DNA of 64,000 bases from Candidatus Latescibacterota bacterium. Its GTDB lineage: Bacteria; Latescibacterota; UBA2968; GCA-2709665. A model generated the notes under the pieces. It ran no database searches, was not told where the DNA came from, and saw only the letters and a program-made list of their open reading frames with translations. The stretch covers positions 3,296,001 to 3,360,000 of the forward strand of contig OZ242180.1 of NCBI GenBank assembly GCA_965205485.1, read 5' to 3'. Shown here one piece after another: positions 19,569 to 29,348 of this stretch (positions within the stretch are counted from its first letter, which is position 1; each line of letters starts with the position of its first letter). The position numbers and the translations under genes were made by a program.

Positions 19569-20088
19569 ATGAGCATCCCGGCTTCTGAACTCACCGCGGG
19601 GTTTCGAATTCGACGGGCGGCTCAGGAGGATATGGAGCGTGTGGGCAAGATCGCCCGGCAGGCATGGCAGAGGATCCACGCCAGTACGACCGAGATCATG
19701 GGTGAAGAAATGCACGCCGTGCTGTGCGCGAATTGGGAGGATGAGAAAACGGCCGCGGTCCGCCGCCACTGGGAGGCGCATCCCGAGTGGTTCCGCGTTG
19801 TCGTTGCGCACGGAGACGGGGATTGTCGCTGCGTTCCTGACGTTTTCGATCGATCGGAAGAAATCCCTGGGCAGAATTACGAACAATGCCGTTGCGCCCG
19901 AAGCGCAGGGCAAGGGGCTCGGTACGGCGATGTATCACTACGCCCTGGACTGCTTCAGGTCTGAGCGCCTCCGCTTTGCGTGCGTGGGTACGGGTCTGGA
20001 CGAGGGTCACGCCCCTGCGCGCCGCGCATATGAGAAAGCGGGTTTCAACATTGCCCAGCCCCAGGTAATGTATTATCAATACCTTTAG
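19569..20088 (+). pseudogene. GNAT acetyltransferase with one frameshift near 19805-19820 (pseudogene or assembly error)
   Basis: N-half FRIRRAAQEDMERV...PEWFRVVV in one frame; C-half NNAVAPEAQGKGLGT...GHAPARRAYEKAGF in another. Confidence 0.8.
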
Positions 20089-20189
20089 CCCGGCTTAGAG
20101 GGTTTCCGAATTCAATACCGGTTCGAAAACCTTGACTGTATATCCAAATGGTTATATATGATGTTCCCATGATTACAGGAGTATGATTC

Positions 20190-20848
20190 ATGAAAGTTCT
20201 GATTACATCGGCAGGGACGGAGCTTGCCCAGGCATTGGCGGCGGTCCTGTCGCGGAACAGGAGGTGACGTTGACCGACGTCGAGGAGGTGTCGACTGAAT
20301 TCGCATTTCGCCGGTCACTCGGCTTTGAGGTTTTTCTGGGCCACGAGGGCGAGACGGAGTCGCTGGTACACGGGATGGATGCGATCGTGCATGTCGCGGA
20401 GCTGCCCCAGGGCCAGCAGAGTGACGAGCGTGAGATCGATTTCCAGACGCGCTGTACGTACAATCTGATGGTTGCTGCCAGGGAGAAAAACGTCCGCCAC
20501 GTGGTGTACCTTAGTTCGCTGAGCCTGTTCGAGACGTGCGATCCGAACTGGAACGTGACGGAACAATGGGCGCCGAGGCCGTCAACCGACGCGGACCTCT
20601 GGGCAAGTACCTCGGTGAGTTCACGTGCAGAGAATTCGCGCGGGAACATTCGGTGCGCGTGACGTGTTTGAGGCTCGGCGAAGTCGGCGGTGACGGCGAC
20701 ACGGCGTTGTCGGTGAAGGACGCGGTCCGGGCCATCGCATCGGCACTGACGAATGAAGGGCCGATGTGGCGGGTGCTGCACGTGACAGTCCGAGGTCGAA
20801 GACGCGAGGTTTCCCGTCGACGCGGCAAAAAAGGCCCTCGGCATCTAA
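20190..20848 (+). pseudogene. NAD-dependent epimerase/dehydratase-like gene with about three frameshifts
   Basis: MKVLITSAGTELAQALA (ATG 20190) / EVTLTD...GMDAIVHVAE...VYLSSL / GKYLGEFTCREFARE...CLRLG / SEVEDARFPVDAAKKALGI* lie in successive different frames. Confidence 0.75.
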
Positions 20849-21003
20849 CCTTGATTCGCAATAGTTCGGCGACCTGAATGTCGAATATGCTCAGAAGAGC
20901 AAAGACGAATTGACGTCAAGGTTCCCGGAAACCTGACGTCACTGGGCGTGAAGGGGAATTTCATCCATTTGAACGACCTCAATGCCCCGCATCGCACCGT
21001 CAC

Positions 21004-21031
21004 CTTCTGTGCCTTTTGTGCTTTCTGTGGT
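21004..21031. repeat. Short 9-nt tandem repeat (x3), intergenic
   Basis: CTTCTGTGC CTTTTGTGC TTTCTGTGG. Confidence 0.5.
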
Positions 21032-21103
21032 AAATTGACTGTTGTCTTTTTTCAAATTGAGGCTAATGCGGTAATTCGATTCCGCGTGACCCTGGTGACG
21101 GAT

Positions 21104-21832
21104 ATGAGAGTCGTGATCTACGGCGGCAACGGGATGCTGGGGCCGCACGTCGTGAAGGCGCTTGAAGGGCGCGTGTCCCTTCGGATTACGGATCTGGAGC
21201 CGTTTGAAACGTCCCACGAGATGTTGCCCGTGGACGTGGCGGACCCTGTGGCCGTCACGCGCGCCGCGGAAGGGATGGACGCGATTATCAACCTGTCCGT
21301 TCTGCGGCCGCATCGAAAAATCGCGTTCGACGTGAATACCCTCGGATGCTATAACGTGATGCGCGCGGCCGTGAAAAACGGGATCCGGCGCGTCATCAAC
21401 ACGGGGCCGTACTTTACCGTACAGGGAGACCCCTACAGGGACTGGGACTATCACATCGTTCCGGACGTGCCCTCCAGGCCCGGAACGGGTCTGTATGTGC
21501 TGTCCAAGGGACTGGGCCAGGAAATCTGCCGGATCTTCACCTCTAACTTCGACGTGTACGTGCTGTGTTATCTGTTCTGGAGTTTTCGCGGTCACGAACC
21601 ATCCTCTCAACCGGTTCACGACCGGCCCTTTCTCGTGACGTGGCGGGATGCCGCCGGCGCGTTCCTCCCCGGACTGGAAATCCCGCTGGAGCGTCTGCCG
21701 TCGCGTTGCGAGGTATTCAATATTCTCGGCGACCGGCCGCACGGGCATTTTACGAACGCAAAGGCCAGACGGGTTTTGGGCTGGCAGCCCCGTGATGGGT
21801 TGGAATACACGTATTTGAAGAAACCGCGGTAA
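21104..21832 (+). CDS. NAD-dependent epimerase/dehydratase (uronate dehydrogenase-like), copy 1
   Basis: GGNGMLG Rossmann motif; YVLSK catalytic YxxxK. Confidence 0.88.
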   Translation: MRVVIYGGNGMLGPHVVKALEGRVSLRITDLEPFETSHEMLPVDVADPVAVTRAAEGMDAIINLSVLRPHRKIAFDVNTLGCYNVMRAAVKNGIRRVINTGPYFTVQGDPYRDWDYHIVPDVPSRPGTGLYVLSKGLGQEICRIFTSNFDVYVLCYLFWSFRGHEPSSQPVHDRPFLVTWRDAAGAFLPGLEIPLERLPSRCEVFNILGDRPHGHFTNAKARRVLGWQPRDGLEYTYLKKPR

Positions 21833-21860
21833 CCGAAGCCGACCAACGCTGGAGACAGGT

Positions 21861-22589
21861 GTGAAAGTCGTGATTTACGGCGGCAACGGGATGCTGGGGC
21901 CGCATGTCGTGAAAGCGCTCGAAGGCCGTGTGTCCCTGCGGATCACGGACCTGGAACCGTTCGAAACGCGCCATGAGACGATGCCCGTAGACGTGGGTGA
22001 CCCGGAGGCCGTCATGCGCGCGGCGGAAGGAATGGACGCAATCGTCAACCTCTCGGTATTGCGTCCGCATCGAAAAATCGCATTCGACGTGAATACCCTG
22101 GGATGCTACAACGTGATGCGTGCGGCGGTGAAACACGGCGTACGCCGGGTCATCAATACGGGGCCGCACTTTACCGTGCAGGGCGAATCCTATGTGGACT
22201 GGGACTCCCACATCGGTCCGGACGTGCCCCCGAAGCCTGGGACGAATCTGTACGCCCTGACCAAGGGACTGGGCCAGGAAGTCTGCAGGGTTTTCGCCTC
22301 GAACTTCGACCTGTACGTGCTATGTTACCTTTTCTGGAGCTTTCGCGATCACGACCCTTCCTCGCAGCCGGTTCACGACCGGTCGTTCATGGTGACCTGG
22401 CGGGACGCCGCCGACGCGTTCCTGCCCGGACTGAAAATTCCACTGGAACGTCTGCCGTCGCGCTGCGAGGTATTCGATATATTCGGTGATCGGCCGCACG
22501 GGCACTTTACAAACGAAAAGACCAGGCGGATTCTGGGATGGAGACCCTTGGACGGCATGGAGTACACGTATACGAAGAAACCGGTGTAA
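21861..22589 (+). CDS. NAD-dependent epimerase/dehydratase, copy 2
   Basis: GGNGMLG; YALTK. Starts 757 bp after copy 1. Confidence 0.88.
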   Translation: MKVVIYGGNGMLGPHVVKALEGRVSLRITDLEPFETRHETMPVDVGDPEAVMRAAEGMDAIVNLSVLRPHRKIAFDVNTLGCYNVMRAAVKHGVRRVINTGPHFTVQGESYVDWDSHIGPDVPPKPGTNLYALTKGLGQEVCRVFASNFDLYVLCYLFWSFRDHDPSSQPVHDRSFMVTWRDAADAFLPGLKIPLERLPSRCEVFDIFGDRPHGHFTNEKTRRILGWRPLDGMEYTYTKKPV

Positions 22590-22617
22590 CCGAATCTGAC
22601 CAACGCTGGAGACAGGT

Positions 22618-23340
22618 ATGAAAGTCGTGATATACGGCGGCAACGGGATGCTGGGGCCCCACGTCGTGAAGGCGCTTGAAGGGCGTGTGTCCCTGCGGAT
22701 GACGGACCTGGAGCCGTTCGAAACGTGCCATGAGATGATGCCCGTGGACGTGGCTGACCCGGAGGCCGTCATGCGCGCAGCCGAGGGAATGGATGCGATC
22801 ATCAACCTGTCCGTCCTGCGTCCGCATCGAAAGGTCGCATTCGACGTGAATACCATCGGCTGTTACAACATCATGAGGGCCGCGGTCAAACACGGGATCC
22901 GGCGCGTCATCAACACCGGTCCGCATTTCACCGTACAGGGCCCACCCTATGAGGCGTGGGACTACCGGATCGGTCCCGACGTGCCGCCGAAGCCCGGTAC
23001 GAACCTGTATTCGCTTTCCAAGGGTCTGGGACAGGAAATCTGTCGGATCTTTACCGAGCATTGTGACGTTTACGTGCTGTGTTACCTGTTCTACATCTTC
23101 AGAGATCACGACGCGTCTGCCGAGCCGGTTCGGGACTGGCCGTTTCTGGTATCGTGGCGCGACGCGGCAGCCGCTTTCGTTCCGGGGCTGGCCATTGATC
23201 TGGACCGGTTGCCTTCGCGGTGCGAGGTCTTCAACATTTTCGGTGATCGCCCCCACGGGCAGTTCTCGAACGAGAAAGCGAAGCGGATTCTCGGGTGGCA
23301 GCCCGGAGACGGTCTGGAATATACGTATTTGAAGGAATAG
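22618..23340 (+). CDS. NAD-dependent epimerase/dehydratase, copy 3
   Basis: GGNGMLG; YSLSK. Starts 757 bp after copy 2. Confidence 0.88.
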   Translation: MKVVIYGGNGMLGPHVVKALEGRVSLRMTDLEPFETCHEMMPVDVADPEAVMRAAEGMDAIINLSVLRPHRKVAFDVNTIGCYNIMRAAVKHGIRRVINTGPHFTVQGPPYEAWDYRIGPDVPPKPGTNLYSLSKGLGQEICRIFTEHCDVYVLCYLFYIFRDHDASAEPVRDWPFLVSWRDAAAAFVPGLAIDLDRLPSRCEVFNIFGDRPHGQFSNEKAKRILGWQPGDGLEYTYLKE

Positions 23341-23377
23341 GGATTTCCGCACCGATTCAATACGCGAGGTCGTGTTT

Positions 23378-24715
23378 GTGAATTATACACCGCACACGAA
23401 TCAGGACATTCGAACGATGCTGGACACGATCGGGGTCGATTCAACCGGGGCGCTCTTCGATCCAGTCCCCGCGTCTCTGAGGATGGCCTCCCTTGATCTG
23501 CCTGCCGGGATCAGTGAGATGGAGGCGTTGGGACTGATCGAGGAACTCGGCCGTTCGGCGCGGGCGCAGGCCCCCGCGTTGTCATTCACGGGCGGCGGCG
23601 CCTACGAGCACTTCACGCCAAGCGTCGTTGACGCGATGATTTCCCGCAGTGAGTTCTATACGGCATATACGCCGTATCAGCCGGAAGTGAGCCAGGGTAC
23701 GCTGCGGGCGATTTTCGAGTTCCAGACCATGGTGTGCGAGTTGACCGGTATGGAGGTGGCCAATGCCTCCATGTACGACGGCGCGTCGGCCCTGGCGGAA
23801 GCGGTGATGATGGCGGTCCGGATCAATGACGGGACGCGCGTAATGCTGCCGCGCAGCCTGCACCCGTTCTACCGTCGGGTTGTCGAGACCTATGTTCGGG
23901 GAATCGGGCTGGAAGTGGTGGAAATTCCCTGGTCGGTTGCCGGGACGATCGATATGGCACGGGTCGAGGCAGAGTTGAGTGACGATACCGCCGCGGTCTT
24001 GGTGCAGAATCCGAATTTCCTGGGTGTGCTGGAACCCCTTGACGCACTGGGCAGCCTGTTGCAGAACCACCCGTCGGCCTTTGTCGCGTCGGTGAATCCC
24101 ATCTCACTTGGGGTGATCCGGCCGCCGGGTGACTTCGGAGCGGACATTGTGGTTGCCGACGGTCAGCCGTTGGGCCTGCCGTTGTCCTTTGGCGGCCCAT
24201 ACGTGGGCATGTTTGCCACGCGCGAACAGCATGTTCGACGAATGCCCGGGCGGGTGGTCGGACAGACCACCGACGTGGACGGGAAGCGCGGGTTTGTGAT
24301 GACGCTCCAGACACGCGAACAGCATATTCGCCGGGAACGCGCAACCTCGAACATCTGCACGAATCAGACGCTGTGCGCGACAGCGGCGACCGTCTATCTG
24401 GCGTCGCTGGGGCCGAACGGCCTGCGTGAAGTCGGCATGTTGAACTGGAACCGTAGCCACGAAGCAGCGTCCGCGCTGTGCGGGATCGACGGGATTTCCC
24501 TGAAGTTTTCCGGCGCGTCGTTCAACGAGTTCGTGGTTGAAACGCCCCGCCCCGCGCGTGAAGCGCTCAAAGCGTTGCGGCGCAAGGGCATCGCGGGCGG
24601 AATAGACCTGGGGCGCTTCTATCCGGAATTGGACCGGTGTGTCCTGACCTGCGTGACGGAAACGAAGTCCGGTTCGGACGTGGCGCGCCTGGTTGACGCC
24701 TGGAGAGACATTTAA
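23378..24715 (+). CDS. gcvPA: Glycine dehydrogenase (decarboxylating) subunit 1
   Basis: EFYTAYTPYQPEVSQGTL, ANASMYDGASA, TREQHIRRERATSNICTNQ. Start GTG 23378 (or 23372). Confidence 0.96.
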   Translation: MNYTPHTNQDIRTMLDTIGVDSTGALFDPVPASLRMASLDLPAGISEMEALGLIEELGRSARAQAPALSFTGGGAYEHFTPSVVDAMISRSEFYTAYTPYQPEVSQGTLRAIFEFQTMVCELTGMEVANASMYDGASALAEAVMMAVRINDGTRVMLPRSLHPFYRRVVETYVRGIGLEVVEIPWSVAGTIDMARVEAELSDDTAAVLVQNPNFLGVLEPLDALGSLLQNHPSAFVASVNPISLGVIRPPGDFGADIVVADGQPLGLPLSFGGPYVGMFATREQHVRRMPGRVVGQTTDVDGKRGFVMTLQTREQHIRRERATSNICTNQTLCATAATVYLASLGPNGLREVGMLNWNRSHEAASALCGIDGISLKFSGASFNEFVVETPRPAREALKALRRKGIAGGIDLGRFYPELDRCVLTCVTETKSGSDVARLVDAWRDI

Positions 24716-26166
24716 TGGACAGGGATCTGCTGATTTTCGAAAGGGGCGGTCGCGGGCGCCGGTGCGCGGGGTTTCCAGACGCAGGCGACGCGGTTGTACC
24801 CGTACCAGACGGGATGTATCGGAATGACGCGCCCGCGCTGCCGGAAGTCAGCGAGTTGGAACTGGTGCGCCATTACGTGAATCTCTCGTCCATGAATTTC
24901 AGTATCGAGACGGCGTTCTACCCGCTGGGATCCTGCACCATGAAGTACAATCCCAAAATACATGAGCGCGTCGCTCGCCTGCCCGATTTCGCGGGGTTGC
25001 ATCCATTTGCGGACGAGGAGGCGTCGCAGGCTGCATTGCGCGTTCTGTGGGAGATGGACGGGATATTGACGGCCGTAACCGGAATGGACGGGTTTACGTT
25101 TCAACCGGCCGCCGGCGCGCAGGGAGAATTCGTGGGCATTTCACTGATTGCGGCGTACCATCGAGAGAGACAGGACGACAGGCAGGTTGTGCTGATTCCG
25201 GATTCGGCGCACGGAACAAACCCCGCGACGGCGGCGATGTGCGGCTATCGGGTGGAGACGTTGAAATCTACCGGCCGCGGAACCGTGGACGTCGCGGACC
25301 TGAAGGCCAAGATGAACGACCGGGTCGCGGGATTGATGCTGACAAATCCGAACACATTCGGCGTGTTCGAGGACGAAATCCTGGACATCCAGCAGGTGGT
25401 CCACGACGGCGGAGGCCTGCTCTATTACGATGGTGCGAATCTGAACGCATTCCTGGGACAATGCAGGCCTGGGGACATGGGCTTTGACGTTGTCCACATC
25501 AACCTGCACAAGACCTTCACGACCCCGCACGGCGGCGGGGGTCCCGGTTCCGGACCCGTCGGCGTGAAGGAAGCGCTGCTGCCGTACCTGCCGGTCCCCG
25601 TCGTCACGAAAACAGGCGACCGCTTCGGACTGGACTACGACCGCCCGCGAACGATCGGAAAGGTCAGTACGTTTTTCGGGAATTTCGGGATGGTGATTCG
25701 CGCCTACGTCTATGCAAGAATGCTGGGTGCGGAAGGGATGCGGCGCACCAGCGAGATGGCCGTACTGAATGCGAATTACATCGCCAGCAGGCTGGATGGG
25801 CACTACGACCGCCCTAAGTCCGCGCAGCCCATGCACGAAATGGTGTTCTCGGCGTCGCGACAAAAAAAGTCCAGCGGGGTAAGCGCGCTGGATATTGCCA
25901 AGAGACTCATCGACTATGGCCATCATCCGCCTACCATCTATTTCCCGCTGCCCAGGGTGGCGCCGGAAGCGATGCTGATCGAGCCCACGGAAACGGAAAG
26001 TCTGGAACAGCTTGACGAGTTCATCGAATCCATGATTCGGATCGCCGGCGAGGCGGAGGAAAATCCGGACTTGCTTCACGATGCGCCGCACCACACGCCT
26101 GTACGCCGGCTGGACGAAGCCACGGCGGCGCGGAAACCCGTGTTGCGAGCGACAGGGCGCGAATAG
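24715..26166 (+). CDS. gcvPB: Glycine dehydrogenase (decarboxylating) subunit 2
   Basis: YPLGSCTMKYNPK, PDSAHGTNPA, HINLHKTF.TPHGGGGPG (PLP Lys), IEPTETES. TAATG overlap with gcvPA. Confidence 0.96.
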   Translation: MDRDLLIFERGGRGRRCAGFPDAGDAVVPVPDGMYRNDAPALPEVSELELVRHYVNLSSMNFSIETAFYPLGSCTMKYNPKIHERVARLPDFAGLHPFADEEASQAALRVLWEMDGILTAVTGMDGFTFQPAAGAQGEFVGISLIAAYHRERQDDRQVVLIPDSAHGTNPATAAMCGYRVETLKSTGRGTVDVADLKAKMNDRVAGLMLTNPNTFGVFEDEILDIQQVVHDGGGLLYYDGANLNAFLGQCRPGDMGFDVVHINLHKTFTTPHGGGGPGSGPVGVKEALLPYLPVPVVTKTGDRFGLDYDRPRTIGKVSTFFGNFGMVIRAYVYARMLGAEGMRRTSEMAVLNANYIASRLDGHYDRPKSAQPMHEMVFSASRQKKSSGVSALDIAKRLIDYGHHPPTIYFPLPRVAPEAMLIEPTETESLEQLDEFIESMIRIAGEAEENPDLLHDAPHHTPVRRLDEATAARKPVLRATGRE

Positions 26167-26187
26167 CCGGTCTGACATGTTCACCCC

Positions 26188-26233
26188 AGACGAAGAACGG
26201 GCCGCGATATCCATCGCGGCCCGTTCTTCGTCT
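26188..26233. terminator. Long perfect hairpin between convergent genes (likely bidirectional terminator)
   Basis: 21-bp arms AGACGAAGAACGGGCCGCGAT / ATCGCGGCCCGTTCTTCGTCT with a 4-nt loop. Confidence 0.7.
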
Positions 26234-26248
26234 CGACTCAATGACGGT

Positions 26249-26683
26249 TCAATCTTCGCGATTTGCCGCTCGGCAGGTGATTTCAATCAGGTTGCCGTCG
26301 GGATCATGGAGAAACACGAAGCGGCTCCCGTCGTGCGGTCTGACGCCCGGGCCGCCGACGACATGTACCCACCCGCCATCCAGAGATTTGACGACGCGTT
26401 CGAAGTCGGGGACTTCGAACGCGATATGTCGCCTGGACGGATCGCGGTGTTCTTCCGCCACCAGCAGGTGAATCTCCACGCTTCCGCATTTGTACCAGGC
26501 GCCTTCGAAATCGTAATCGGGCCGCGGTATTGGGCTCAATCCAAGGAATTTCTCATAGAAGGACCGGGATCGATCCAGATCGCGTGCAACCAGTGTGATG
26601 TGATGTACGCCCACGATATCCAGCACCGGGGTGACTGCGCCCCTGAGGGAGAATTCCGGGTTATTGAGGGTATCGTGTGCCAC
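26249..26683 (-). CDS. VOC family protein
   Basis: VHHITLVARDLDRSRSFYEKFLGL, GAWY, IHL, HIAFEV, FLHDPDGNLIEI. Start uncertain. Confidence 0.88.
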   Translation of the reverse strand: MAHDTLNNPEFSLRGAVTPVLDIVGVHHITLVARDLDRSRSFYEKFLGLSPIPRPDYDFEGAWYKCGSVEIHLLVAEEHRDPSRRHIAFEVPDFERVVKSLDGGWVHVVGGPGVRPHDGSRFVFLHDPDGNLIEITCRAANRED

Positions 26684-26688
26684 GGTTC

Positions 26689-27570
26689 TCAGTTCTCCGT
26701 GAGGTACGCCCGGATCTTTCGCACCCTCGACGGGTGTTTGAGCGCTGCAAGCGCCTTGTCCCGAATCTGCCGAACGCGCTCCTTTGTTAAACTGAGTTGA
26801 TTGCCGATTTGTTCCAGTGTCATGGAGTCTTCGCCGTTGATTCCGAAATAAAGCCGCAGGATTCGGGCCTCGCGGGAAGACAGGGAATCGAGCGCGGCCC
26901 GGACCTCGTCGGCCATCGCCTGTTCCATCACTTCGTTTTCGGGTGAGACCTGGTCCTTGTCTTCAAGGACCTCGAGCAGAGACGAGTCCGGACCTTCTTC
27001 CAGCGGCATATCGAGGGACACGTGCCAACGCGAGGCGTTAAGCAGATCCTGCGCCTGCTTGGGCTGCATATCGGCCCCAACCGCGATTTCGTCGATGCTT
27101 GGTTCCCTTCCGAGTTTCTGCTTGAGGTTTGAGGCAATGCGCTCCAGCCGGCACAGGTGTTTGATTTTGTTTACGGGCAGCCTGACCATCCGTGCTTTTT
27201 CCGCCAGGGAAGAGAGGATGCCCTGCCGGATCCACCAGACCGCGTAGGTTGTAAATTTGACACCCACCGTTTCATCGTACCGCGTTGCCGCGCGAACCAG
27301 ACCGAGATTGCCCTCCGCAATCAGATCTTCAAGGGGCAATCCCCGCCCCTGGTATTCCTTTGCGATCGTGATGACGAACCGGAGGTTGGATTCGACCATC
27401 TGTTCCAGGCTCTTGCGGTCTCCGGCTCTGATACGCCTGGCCAACGTCACTTCCTGTTGCGGCGTGAGCAGATCGTTATATGCGATATCCTTGAGATAGA
27501 GTTCAAGCGCTGATCGCTTTTTTCCCTGTGACGAGATTCCGTTCTGCTGCCTCATTACCGTTGCAGGCAT
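26689..27570 (-). CDS. RNA polymerase sigma-70 factor, RpoD/RpoS-like, lacking region 1.1
   Basis: LYLKDI, SNLRFVITIAKEY, DLIAEGNLGL, KFTTYAVWWIRQ, MTLEQIG..LTKERVRQI. Start 27570 or 27555. Confidence 0.93.
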   Translation of the reverse strand: MPATVMRQQNGISSQGKKRSALELYLKDIAYNDLLTPQQEVTLARRIRAGDRKSLEQMVESNLRFVITIAKEYQGRGLPLEDLIAEGNLGLVRAATRYDETVGVKFTTYAVWWIRQGILSSLAEKARMVRLPVNKIKHLCRLERIASNLKQKLGREPSIDEIAVGADMQPKQAQDLLNASRWHVSLDMPLEEGPDSSLLEVLEDKDQVSPENEVMEQAMADEVRAALDSLSSREARILRLYFGINGEDSMTLEQIGNQLSLTKERVRQIRDKALAALKHPSRVRKIRAYLTEN

Positions 27571-27759
27571 TACTTTCCCCCAGACAATGGTAGGGCCGTC
27601 TGCGCGACGGTTCCCGTCCTGATTCAATCGACTGGGAACAACCGGAGTTCGCGCGGACGGATCCCGTGCGCACAGAATGCACGACCTGCGACACACGGGC
27701 TCGACAGAGCCGACCGTGGACGTGAATAACACAATCTGGAAAGGGGAGGAATCGAATAA

Positions 27760-27947
27760 GAAGCTGTTTTAAAATTACCGGTGAGTTCCCGAGCGCGAGC
27801 GAAAAAGTGGCGGTCAAGGCGGGAGAATCCGCCCATATCCAATGTATCGTGGCTGCGCGCCCCTCGCCACTCTTGGGTGGGTTCGACCAACGCCGACCGG
27901 CGCTTTTGCAGCCGCGCGAAGACCGCTGGGGATTTTAGAACAGCTTC
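27760..27947 (-). mobile_element. MITE family 1, full copy in opposite orientation (188 bp)
   Basis: Reverse complement of 6000-6188 with few changes; TAA on both flanks. Confidence 0.9.
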
Positions 27948-28215
27948 TAAGGGAGAAGGGAAATTCGGAAAGTTCAACCCATCCGGGGGTGAGGTGTTGA
28001 ACTGGCGGGGAACTGAGGATGTATCCGGAAACCGATCAGGGGAACCGATTCCCGATGTTACGGCCCTCCCGGGTTCTGCAGCCCGGATGCTGTCCGGTCG
28101 GAGAGCCGTTACTTGCCGGAATCACCGTTTCAATGCCGAGGGGTGGCGGCTGAAACTGTAGTCGACTCCGAATTCAAATGAGACTACCTTTTTACAGAAA
28201 GCCCTGTGAAATAAC

Positions 28216-28244
28216 AAGATAACATACGAATGGCGTTTTGTCAA
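28216..28244 (-). promoter_or_regulatory. Sigma-70-type promoter about 640 nt upstream of the sigma factor gene
   Basis: Minus strand TTGACA-17 nt-TATCTT with an extended -10 TG. Confidence 0.65.
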
Positions 28245-28335
28245 GTTACGATCATGATTTTTTCCGGTGAAACACCACAGGCGCCGGTTGGCGAAGAGGT
28301 CAGTATGCGGTAACGGTTGTGCGGAGGCGAGGCCC

Positions 28336-28845
28336 CTATTCATCCCCGTCCGGCTCCTGGTTTCGGGTCCCCAGGTCTCTGTCCAGAAGAAACAGGCCGT
28401 TGCCGTCGCTACCGACCAGTTTGAGCTTGTTTACGATATCGCTTGCCGTGGCCTCTTCTTCCACCTGTTCGGTCACGAACCACTGAAGGAAGGTGTTCGT
28501 CGCATGGTCACGTTCCTCGACGCTCAGGTCCACCAGGTCGTAAATCTGGGCGGTTACCGCCTTTTCGTGCCGATAGGCATCTTCGAACGCTGCCAAAGAA
28601 TCGTCCCAATTACGTTTGGGTGCCGCAACGGTCGTCAGCACCACGTCGCCTTCCCTGTCATTGATAAAGTCGTAAATCTTCATGGCGTGCATCAGTTCCT
28701 CCTGGGCCTGAGCGCGCATCCAGGAGGCGAAACCCGTCAGGTTCGTGGCATGAAAATAGGCCGACATCGAAAGATAGTAATACGAGGCGTACAGTTCTGA
28801 ATTCAACTGTTGATTCAAGGCAGCCTGTACGTTTTCCTTAATCAT
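28336..28845 (-). CDS. ftnA: Non-heme ferritin
   Basis: ELYASYYYLSMS, EELMHAMK, HEKAVT, FLQWFVTEQVEEE. AGGAGG RBS before ATG 28845. Confidence 0.93.
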   Translation of the reverse strand: MIKENVQAALNQQLNSELYASYYYLSMSAYFHATNLTGFASWMRAQAQEELMHAMKIYDFINDREGDVVLTTVAAPKRNWDDSLAAFEDAYRHEKAVTAQIYDLVDLSVEERDHATNTFLQWFVTEQVEEEATASDIVNKLKLVGSDGNGLFLLDRDLGTRNQEPDGDE

Positions 28846-29348
28846 CGACGTCCTCCTTGAGTACACGAGAGCAATTCAGACAGGATGTCAATACGCCGAA
28901 CCCGGGATGCGTCTCGCACGGAGAACCGGCGAGTTTCTTGCGCGATCTGGTAACACTGGCGGGACGTTAAGTATATCAAAAAGCGAAAAAAAAACAAGGG
29001 TTTCCTTTAATGCTCACCAAAGGGACGGATGTTCTGTTTTTCGGGTAGAACGGTCGTGCGCCGCGAGCGGATTGTGGAATGATCAGGAGGCGCGGCCGAG
29101 TCTGAATTCAACGGGTACTGCCGGCCGGGCGCTCACGATCCGGAGATCGTCCGACACGGGTTCAATCAACGGCCGAACGGCCAGGCATTCGTGGGACAGG
29201 ACTGGAATCCGGTCTTGACGCCGCCGATCGGTGTGCGAGGAGGACCCGGCCGCACACCCGGCGGGCCCCGAAAAAAGGATTGGCCGCGATGCTTGAGGAT
29301 TTCTATTTTACGAAAGGTCACCGTTGATTTCACTATACTGGAGCGACT

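Noticed and set aside
20136..20151. LexA/SOS box-like CTGTATAT in the epimerase promoter region
   Set aside because: The right half-site (CAG) is missing.
21833..22617. Repeated 28-nt intergenic spacer as a regulatory or mobile repeat
   Set aside because: Fully explained as part of the 757-bp tandem gene duplication unit, including the GGAG RBS.
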